Notes under the pieces: generated by a model | Databases searched by the model: none | What the model was told of the DNA's origin: nothing | The model's input: the letters and a program-made list of their open reading frames with translations, nothing else | Assembly (NCBI GenBank): GCA_964035545.1 | Contig: OZ037768.1 | Coordinates: 1,240,001 to 1,304,000, forward strand | Length of the DNA stretch: 64,000 nucleotides | Reading direction: 5' to 3' | From: Bugula neritina | Lineage: Eukaryota; Animalia; Bryozoa | Made by a program: the position numbers and the translations under genes | Part shown: piece by piece, positions 38,501-47,257 of the stretch | How the letters are laid out: every line of letters begins with the position of its first letter | Numbering within the stretch: position 1 is the stretch's first letter

Positions 38501-41500
38501 ACTAGTCACATGATATACTGGTCACATGATATACTGGTCACATATGATATACTGGTCACATGATATACTAGTCACATGATATACTGGTCACATGATATAC
38601 TGGTCACATGATATACTGGTCACATATGATATACTAGTCACATATGATATACTGGTCACATGATATACTGGTCACATGCAATATACTAGTCACATGATAT
38701 GCTACTCACATGATATACTGGTCACATGATATACTAGTCACATGATATACTGGTCACATGATATACTAGTCACATGATATACTGGTCACATGATATACTA
38801 GTCACATGATATACTGGTCACATGATATACTAGTCACATGATATACTGGTCACATGATATACTGGTCACATGATATACTGGTCACATATATATTTCTTCT
38901 AACTGTTTATTGCTGCAGATGTACAGAAGGGTTGGTGGATAATGAAAGACTATGAGCAAGTGAAAGCTGTTAATTCCTCCCTGCATTCAAGAGCTATCCG
39001 TGAGCGTCATCTCAGTCGATCCTTCGCTAAACACAGAGAAAAGATTGAGAGACTGTTCACAGATCAGGCCACATCTACAGGTGACCTCTTCACTTCTTAC
39101 GGACTCTCTGATTGGCCAGAGTTTATTGTTTTCATTTTAGAAATTATTTCATGTGCTAGTTGTCTGTTTGTGGAGAGGTTGTTGTGACTCCATCTTTATC
39201 CTGTAGATGTCGAGTTAGACTCGGATGCTCGTGACTTGGAGATAGCGAAGAGCGCTTACCAGGCTCCGCTAGCAGACGACAACTCAAGCTGGACGGAGAA
39301 GCAGTGCAGAGTAGCGGAGTTGGCTGTCCTTGACAAAGTGGAAGATCTTGAGGAGCGAGTCTTCCAGGCCAGTATTTACACCAAGGTACGTGTTTAGCTC
39401 ATTTATAGTAGTGGGAGTTGTCTCATTTAATTCTGAAAAGTTGTCTTGCAACTTTTGCTATGAAATGGTTCCCTCCCTACGTGCTGTGGGAGTCGTCGTG
39501 TGCTGCTGCTTTGTTTTAAGATAATTTCTTGCAATGTTTTCCTAGACTTGGGCTGATCAGAAGAAGCATGACGCGACTGATTTGGAGCTCATTGTGACTC
39601 CCGTACAGGAAATTAAGGACGGAGAGAAGAGAATTCTCGATCTTGTGAAAGAGAAGTTGCTATTACTGGAGGCGGGTGTTGAGAGACGCTACCTCAAACC
39701 TCCTTTTGTTAAGAAGTAAGACCCTTGGCTATTGCCTACAATTCTTTAAAGCTGCTCACTTAGTAACACGAAGGTGCAATGCTTAGAGATGTGCTCAAGT
39801 TTAAGGAATTACCTCCCCTGTCTCTTTCCTCTTTAGGCTGATAATTCTTGGCATTGGAATAAGTTGAGTGGAGTTAACATTCTATGTTATGTGACATGCT
39901 GTGAGTAATTGAGGAACATTCTGGAACATGTAGGCTCACAGGTGGTGGGCAGTCATTGCTGAAGTTAATAATAGATCAGTTCCTCGCCACAAAGTGGAAG
40001 TTTTTAGTTTATCTGCAGCTGTGCATCATTTCGTCATTTAATATAAAACTTGTGGATGAATATAATTGCATGTCTGCTAGTGGCAGTTGAAATTATATTT
40101 TTATTTCTAAATATTACGTGGCGCACTCATCAGCTTAAGCTAACAATATCTAGTAGAGTTTTACCAGAAGACAAGCTGAAAGCACCTGGATGTACTCTAA
40201 CCTTTAACGATTAGTCCAAGTTTTTTCGCTGAAATATTTCGAGTGTTATTCATAATTGAACTGTAGTCTTGTTTTTCAACCTCCATGTGCATTTCTTACA
40301 TTTGTTTGTAGCAACGCATTGCAACTGGTTGACATCGTCACCTCCAAATCTGCTCAGAACGGGACAGAAGCCGAACTCAGCGATGATTCCGAAGACTCCA
40401 AGTCTAGCGATGACAACTGTAGCAAGGGGCTGCTGCAGTGGAAACAGTGAGTACACATGGTCACTCTTTTCAGCAGCTGTGCTTTTCACATTACTCACCC
40501 TGTCACACTACTTACTCTGTCACACTACTCACTCTGTCACACTACTCACTCTGTCACACTACTCACTCTGTCACACTACTCACTCTGTCTCACTACTCAC
40601 TCTGTCACACTACTCACCCTGTCACACTACTCACTCTATCACACTACTCACTCTCTCACACTACTCACTACTGTCACACTACTCACACTGTCACATTACT
40701 CACACTGTCACACTACTCACTCTGTCACGCTACTCACTCTGTCACACTACTCACTCTATCACACTACTCACTCTCTCACACTACTCACTACTGTCACACT
40801 ACTCACACTGTCACATTACTCACACTGTCACACTACTCACTCTGTCACGCTACTCACACTGTCACACTACTCACACTGTCACACTACTCACTCTCTCACA
40901 CTACTCACTACTGTCACACTACTCACACTGTCACATTACTCACTCTGTCGTTCACCTGCAGGGCCGTAAGGGGGGCTGTCAACTTGTCACAACTGTACAT
41001 CAGTCTGGAGCAGCTGGAGAACTGCATAGCCTGGGAGAAGTCAGTGATGAGGGTGTTGTGCCAGGTGTGCCGTTCTGATGACAATGAAGATCAGCTGCTG
41101 CTCTGTGATAACTGTGACAAAGGCTATCATACTTACTGCTTCAAGGTCGGTATTTACTGCCTCCATCTTTCCATGGATTGATGTACTGGCTACTTTCTCA
41201 CTGAAAACATCGTCTGCCTGACCAAGTATTCATTCTTTCGTTCTACTCGGTTATCTGTCTGAACTTTTGTCTATATGATTTTCATAGCCCAAGATGACAA
41301 GTATTCCGAGTGGTGACTGGTACTGCTGGGAGTGTAGATCCAAGGCTACGAGTGTTGCTCATTGCATCAGGTGTGGTAAATCCACTGGCAAGATGGCTCA
41401 GTGTCACAAGTGTCCTCAGGCTATACATCTCGACTGCAGTCTACCTGCTCTGCACAGGTGTGTAGCCTCAGTACTGTCAACTTTTCTTATAAAGGGGGCA

Positions 41501-42482
41501 GGTTTGGTTAACCCTCAGCTCGAATCAAACCGTAGACTTAGAGTATGCCAGACCAGTATGAAGCTACTGCGTGTTGTAGAGTTCCGAGGAGACACACGTG
41601 TGGTCACTGTCAGCAGACGTGCAATAGAAAGAGTGCGGGAAAGCAGAAGAGACTCTCCAAGCAGAAGACGTATGAAAGTAGTGATGAAGAACTTGCAGAC
41701 GACGTAGCCTCAGATGCTGGCGAAGAGGACACGGATGAGAAGGTTGATGATGTGGAAAGAGATGTAGCAATATGCAGGTACGACTACCCCACCTTCCACT
41801 CTAGTGGTGATTGTATATCTCGTGATACTCAGTCTATCAGGTGAAGTATGACTCAGCATGTTTTGATTAAAATTTAATAAAATTGTTATTTTGCACCTTC
41901 TTTGCAAAAACAAAAACTATCGATTTCAATTATCATATGAAAACCTGAGGCTACGCTTTAGACTGTGATCTGATTGTAGAGAGGTAATGGCGGACATTGA
42001 GAAACATAAAGACGCAGAACCTTTCATGGAGCCAGTAGACACCAAGGCATTCCCACAGTACAAGAAGTACATTAAACATCCTATGGACTTGGGCAAAATC
42101 TCTAATAAGCTAATCAATAACAGGTTGGCCTCCATCATCTTTCATACATTGTAGCTGTTTAGTTTAGTAGTTCATTCTATTGGCTCAAGTGTACCAACAG
42201 CTATATTTCACTGGACAAACACTACAAGAATTGTCTACTAGCCAGTATTATACTAGAATACTTTCCGTCTTTACATTGTGTTTGGGAGTTACTATTTCTT
42301 AGTTAGTTCAACCGGCCGTTTCTTTCTGCAGATACGAGACAAGGACAGAGTTTTATGACGACATGATTCTAATATTTGATAACTGCCTTCTGTTCAACGA
42401 AGATAATTCCGACGTCGGCAAATCTGGCAAAATACTACGTCGACATTTCCTTAAACGCTGGAAGCAATTATGTGCAATATAA
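20535..42482 (+). CDS. BAZ2B: Bromodomain adjacent to zinc finger domain protein 2 (BAZ2A/B, toutatis-like): MBD/TAM, DDT, WHIM1-3, two PHD fingers, bromodomain
   Basis: Phase-consistent exons: 20535-20625, 22572-22790, 24028-24431, 24817-24954, 25079-25291, 26362-26597, 26799-26907, 27530-27640, 27824-27959, 28166-28483, 28758-29152, 29477-29620, 29830-30027, 30621-30686, 31799-31864, 31950-32078, 32235-32486, 34243-34350, 34443-34627, 35756-35900, 37181-37926, 38171-38337, 38919-39080, 39207-39385, 39546-39715, 40312-40446, 40962-41145, 41288-41457, 41580-41777, 41980-42123, 42332-42482. Motifs: PFEYGWRRETRIR (TAM), FADVLQCHQFLTNF (DDT), GMDRYRRYYW (WHIM2), GWW...LHSRAIRERHL (WHIM3), IAWEKSVMRVLCQVC...LLLCDNCDKGYHTYC (PHD), AEPFMEPVD...YKKYIKHPMDL...FDNCLLFNED (bromodomain). 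Confidence 0.95.
21810..22018. repeat. 33-bp minisatellite (~6 copies)
   Basis: Unit ATGTACACTTTATACCTGTATACAGTATATTAT. Confidence 0.9.
22810..22912. repeat. 12-bp tandem repeat just after a BAZ2 donor
   Basis: Unit GTCAGTRCTGGT. Confidence 0.85.
23175..23492. repeat. Degenerate trinucleotide microsatellite (GTA/GCA/GTG)
   Basis: Runs of AGT, AGC and GGT; source of the Thr-rich and Leu/Pro-rich spurious ORFs. Confidence 0.9.
25310..25505. repeat. ~21-23-bp GTGAGT-rich repeat after a BAZ2 donor
   Basis: Unit GTTAGTTGTGAGTGAGACT(CT). Confidence 0.85.
29177..29486. repeat. 19-bp minisatellite (~16 copies) overlapping a BAZ2 acceptor
   Basis: Unit TACGTACTCTATCTCACAG. Confidence 0.96.
30028..30503. 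repeat. 14/17-bp minisatellite starting at a BAZ2 donor
   Basis: Unit GTGTGTATACTAC(TAC)A. Confidence 0.96.
30724..30912. repeat. 17-bp minisatellite
   Basis: Unit CTTACACTCTGCGTGTA. Confidence 0.92.
31306..31765. repeat. 32-bp minisatellite with a ~182-bp higher-order duplication
   Basis: Unit ATATTACAGTCATATGTCTATATTATGGTAAT; the variant pattern recurs at an offset of 182 (31346 vs 31528). Confidence 0.88.
32494..34226. repeat. 22-bp minisatellite (~78 copies) filling a BAZ2 intron
   Basis: Unit CTCTRGTATATCATACAGTAYA. Confidence 0.98.
34675..35604. repeat. 23-bp minisatellite (~40 copies) with two GTAAGT per unit
   Basis: Unit AGAGTAAGTTACTRGTAAGTRTA. Confidence 0.98.
35999..37147. mobile_element. 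Non-autonomous hAT-type DNA transposon in a BAZ2 intron
   Basis: Left end is CAGGGTTGGGG-TAATT; right end is AATTGACCCCAACCCTG (reverse complement CAGGGTTGGGGTCAATT). An exact 8-bp direct repeat CTGTCAGC flanks it at 35991-35998 and 37148-37155. Subterminal (TGTAAT)n arrays occur at both ends; no ORF. Confidence 0.9.
36262..36886. mobile_element. Foldback MITE with ~220-bp imperfect terminal inverted repeats, nested in the hAT element
   Basis: Left GTCATTCCATGCCAGCTCACCGA aligns with the reverse complement of the right end, GTCATTCCATACCAAATCAACCA. 36371-36480 is the diverged reverse complement of 36678-36787 (e.g. TTTTGAGGAAAATTTGTGATTT / AAATCACAAATTTTCCTCAAAA). TSD not resolved. Confidence 0.8.
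38350..38887. repeat. 16/18-bp minisatellite filling a BAZ2 intron
   Basis: Unit GGTCACATGATATACT. Confidence 0.97.
40487..40948. repeat. 17-bp minisatellite filling a BAZ2 intron
   Basis: Unit TGTCACACTACTCACTC. Confidence 0.96.
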
Positions 42483-42864
42483 TTCTTTACCACTTGAAAT
42501 TTATTGTATAAATGTTTTGCAATTTCTGTAAATTATTTTTAGTATTTATATCACCATTTTTAGCAATCTTTATAAAGCTTTATATTAACATGTATGAATG
42601 TAAATTGTTGATAGTCGGTATAGGTTTTGTTGGAAAATATTGTGTAAATAATATTGATGTAATTTTCAACGAACTGTTTATAGTTTTATATTTCATGTAA
42701 CTACAGCATTTTATTGTAAAAAGCTCAATGATGACCAATAAATTACATTATACATAGAAAATTCATGAGAAAAAAACTGTTGTAAAAATATATAGTAAAA
42801 TAGAAAGCTATAGAACTTCATAATATCTAAGTTGAACGGTATATGGCACAAATATAAGAGACAA

Positions 42865-42953
42865 GTTGAGCAGCTAACTCCTAGTACAAGATTTCATCAT
42901 GCTGTTGAGCAGCTAACTCCTAGTACAAGATTTCATCATGCTGTTGAGCTGCT
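42865..42953. repeat. 39-bp tandem duplication of the KLF C-terminus and stop codon
   Basis: GTTGAGCAGCTAACTCCTAGTACAAGATTTCATCATGCT occurs twice exactly, plus a partial third copy. Confidence 0.95.
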
Positions 42954-44439
42954 CCTGCCATTTTGGTATTTTGTTCCGGCCCGTGTGTCGCTTAACGTGT
43001 TTTGCCAAATGGTCAGATCTCATGAACTTCCTGTCACAAGCGGGACACGCAAACCTCTTCTCACCAGTGTGCGTGTGCTTGTGTCTGGAAAGCTCATCCG
43101 ACCTCGCAAATTTCCTCTCACACTTGGGCCAAGTGCACACAAATGGCCTTTCACCTGGCAGCAATAAATATCCAATCAGGTATGTTGGAATATATCGATA
43201 TGAAATATTAATTTAAAACGGTTCACCAACTGTTTGATTTAAAGTCACAAATTTATACTTTAAATAGCACTTGACACAAGTTTCGAAGGAGAACATAACT
43301 TTAATATACTAGCTGTTCAGGAAAACTTACAAACATTCTAACCGTGATATTTTATTACTCATTGTCAATATCAACATGCTAATACACTAGATAGAGAAAT
43401 GGAAGTGCACGTAATAGTAGGGAGGGAGAATATGATAGCAAGGAGTGTATGTATAGTACAGGGAGGGGGAGGGGCCTCACCTGTATGAGTTCTGGTGTGA
43501 GCTTTGAGATGTGAACTCTTCAAGTATGTCTTTTTGCACCCAGAATATGTACACACGTAAGAACGAACTCTTTCTGGTGATGCGGGGCAACATGTCTCTG
43601 CCCCTACTTCTTCTGCATTGACTTTGGGAGCCGGGGCTATCTTGCAGACTGACCGACAGACTGATTGTGGAGACTCGGGCTGAAGCTGACTTAGAGTGGG
43701 CGTGGTCTGGATGACTATTAGCTGTATCATTGGCTTCACGTCAGCAGAAACTGCTGTCGGTGACGAGACAGTTCGGAGGTCGAGAGGCAAGGATGCCGTC
43801 CAGTCCATCAATGAACTGACAGAATTATTGGCTTTTGGTAAACTAAAGTCTATCGGTACTGATTGTGTGTCATCGTCTGATTGGCTAATGTAAGGACAAC
43901 TGGCCAATTGGGAAGCAGGAGATGAGCTTACAGTAGGTGTTGAGTAGGACATACACGTGTCTGTACAAGCCGTCTGTACCGAAGGGATACTGTTGCTTAT
44001 CTAAAAGATACATGAAATATATCGGTAAGCAGTTGAGTCATGAAGTAATACTATAAGTTGAGAGAATTCTGTCTTCTCTACAAATGAAAAATGTAACAAT
44101 ACATACCGAGGTGGTCATCGCTGCAGTTTCTGTTGATATGTTGCACTCTTGAGTACTTTGGAGTCTCCCAGGTGATTTGGGGGCAGAATCAGGTGACCTG
44201 GAGAGGCGTATAGATCTCATGATTTGCTTGTGACCAAGTTTCTTCATGATGCCGCCTGAAGCAGGGATGTCCAAACTGTCTTCTCCACATGAAGAGATAC
44301 CGCTGTCCCCGTCGGCTGACGACATACTACAGTTCGACGGAGATGGAGAGCAAACACTCCTTGAGTTCAACTGGCAGCTGAACGACAGCAACGTGCTGAT
44401 AGCATCTTGCTCTTTCTTGTCTGTGTAGCTGCCAAACAT
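42913..44439 (-). CDS. KLF11: Kruppel-like factor, KLF10/11 (TIEG/cabut)-like, three C2H2 fingers
   Basis: Exons 44439-44107, 44000-43481, 43154-42913 are in phase. N-terminal [12 protein letters not shown] resembles a Sin3-interaction helix. Fingers: [81 protein letters not shown]. Confidence 0.93.
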
Positions 44440-44587
44440 ATTGTCTTTATACTAAAACATAAAGGTGTTGAATAAGAATTAAGTCAATGCTGGTTAACAA
44501 AAAGATGTCATTTGAATTAAATAGCCAATTTACGTGATGATTGGTTAACTGCTTCCTATAATTTTCACGGTCTGTATCACAGCTTAC

Positions 44588-44795
44588 TAGAAAGTAGTAT
44601 TTGTAGCATAGAGCAGTGAGCGAGGTGGACTTTGAACTACGTATCAGACCCACTAATAGAATGCGTGACACGTTATATAGTGAAACGTGCTGCTATGCGC
44701 CGTGCGAGGTGGAACAGGGTTTTCCCAGGAATCACCCTTAATGTGATTGGTCAGAAATAATAGTAACTGCTAAGCTAAAGTCGATTAGCCAATAG
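44588..44795 (-). promoter_or_regulatory. Candidate proximal KLF promoter with a short non-coding exon
   Basis: Minus-strand TATATAA near 44672-44679; CCAAT motifs near 44746 and 44789; donor CTA|GTAAGC at 44588/44587. Confidence 0.45.
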
Positions 44796-46453
44796 AAATC
44801 ACCACCACGGCAACCTGATTACTCACACTATCACGCACTTGACACATGATAACAAAGTCCACATTCTTTGTTCACTGTAGTAAATATGAATACGCTAGGA
44901 GTAGTTGTTACAGTGATGAGCCGTTTAAATGAGATTTTTGTTTTAGTAACATTTATGAGCAGAACGCTAACAAAATACTTTAAAAACCGAACTCAGTTAA
45001 ACAACCATAAGTCAAATAAGCATATTCATACTGATAAAAAATATCAGTGTCACACGCCAAAGGTAAATTGGACAGTTAGAAAACCACCCAGGGCAATACT
45101 AGTTGATATTTATGATAACTCATCATTAAATCCATTATAAACCAACTTAAACTTGTATTAGGAACTCAACATCAATACTTTGACCTAAAGAGTACTATAT
45201 AAGCAGCATATAAACCTAATACTATTGGCATTAATCTTAGATAACATCACAGATGAATACACAATGGAGGTTTAGTTATGCTCATGCTACTGTTACACTT
45301 GCTAGGTAACTAAAGCAATACTTAATTCTTATACCACTAGACTGCTAATAGTAATACCAATACCAAGAGTAATGTAAATACTTATATTGAATTTAATGTG
45401 ACTATTAGATTTAGTGCTAGTTATACTTATAGTAATTCAGTAAGACAAACACTTCACAGTTCACTGATAGTGATATGAATGGTAATGATAGATCTAGAGG
45501 CTCGTAGTACTCAGTAGTAGTAGTACAGCAACGCTAGTAGTAGTATCTAAGTTCGATATACTCAAACTCAAAGAGTTCAATTGAATTTGATACAACTAAT
45601 TACTAGAACTACTGCGTAGACATAGTAGAAGTAGGCGTAGTACTTTCAGTTTAATAGTATTAAAATTACTATTATTATTATATTTACTAGTAGTAGTACT
45701 GGTACAGCACTAGTACTAGTAGTAGCACTGTAGTGGTAGTCTAAGTTACACTATTGGTATTAGTATTAAAGTACAACGTCTAAAGTAGCACTTTAAAACC
45801 AATAACTATATCAATACTAACACTAACAGTAACTTTAAATTTAAGTTATTCACTTATACTCATAACTTATAGTTATTGTAATTGCATTGATATTATAAAT
45901 ATAATTATATTTATAAATAATATTAATAACATAGCATTAACTATAAGTATAACTATAAGATTAAGTATAATATAATTTTAAATTTATAAGAACAGTTTAA
46001 CTTTAAGTTTAAGTCATAGTAATACTAAAACTAATCAATACTACTACTACTACTACTACTACTAATCGTTATACTTATACTTTAACTTTTACTTGTAGAC
46101 TGTTGAGTATAGTTAATGTTATAGTTGTACTTATAGTCATACTCATAGTGGTAGTGCCTAGCCCTAGGGTCTAGTGGCTTTGAATTTTAGTTTATCTTAC
46201 CTGGCGTTGGCATTCTCTTTGAGTTTCAGTCATATTCAATCCAAAACTTAAAGGAGGTAACGGTAGTATATCCACATTACCACACGCCATCTCTTAGTTT
46301 AAAAAAGCTCTTGGCTTAGTACGAGTTTTCTTGCTGAAATTTTGGTTTTGCTTGATCCTTTCCAATAACAACGCGACCGTTCAGGCACAGAATGTTTATA
46401 ATAATATTGCAGTTCACCAGGCGAGTAATTGAAAAAGGTGTGAAGCAGATGGG

Positions 46454-46522
46454 CCAATCAAATCCTGGAGGTGTAATAGGCTTATCCAATTAGAACTAGT
46501 ACGAGTCTATTTGTCATCCAAT
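46454..46522. promoter_or_regulatory. Three CCAAT boxes with exact 32-bp spacing; candidate distal promoter of the KLF gene
   Basis: CCAAT starts at 46454, 46486 and 46518; minus-strand donor CCAG|GTAAGA at 46201/46200; acceptor TTTTAG at 44452 just upstream of the KLF ATG. Confidence 0.6.
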
Positions 46523-47257
46523 GAATGAAAGTTTGATCACGCACAACCAGCGAGTGATCACGATCATTCACTATACGCGTGATTCTGAAGAGCATCGCGG
46601 TAGCGCCGACTATCTGTGGCCATCTTAAACTTAAATGTAAATATTTTTCTGACCAACGAATGCTTCAGTTGTTTCTATTAACCTTCCTCAAGGCAGATTA
46701 CAAAACAACAGTCAATATAAACTATAATGGTAAAATCAAATTTATTTCAACTGGCACACTGGAATATGTAACAATTCATATAACATAGTGTTTACATTAC
46801 GAAAAACAGGTTTTTGCAGGGCTTACTGTAAAAAACAGTGGAAAAAAGAAATTCATGAAAATTGAACTTAATAGCAGTGTCTATAGGACGGATTATGAGA
46901 GTATTTATTACATTTTCTGCAGCATTGTGATTATAATAGTACCTATTCAATTATCAGTTGCATTAGTTACTAGACTTATCAGAAAAGTCTATCTACGATA
47001 TAAATAATCTTTAAACCCTTGAAAAGACCAATAGTTGTAAAACTATAATAAGTAATATAGTTTGCTATCATATTATATGAAAATATAACAGTGAGTTTGA
47101 TAAATGAACATAATACAGTATAGAATAATCTTTCCTTGTCCCAAAGGATTCACAGGCTAGTAGAGTTTATTATAATTATTTCAGTGGTTAATATATGGTT
47201 AAAGCAGCTATAATATCAATTATTGAATGGTGATGAGGGGGTTGAGAAGATCACGTA

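Noticed and set aside
40269-40969. His/Thr/Leu-rich ORFs
   Set aside because: Produced by the 17-bp array; only the flanking BAZ2 exons are coding.
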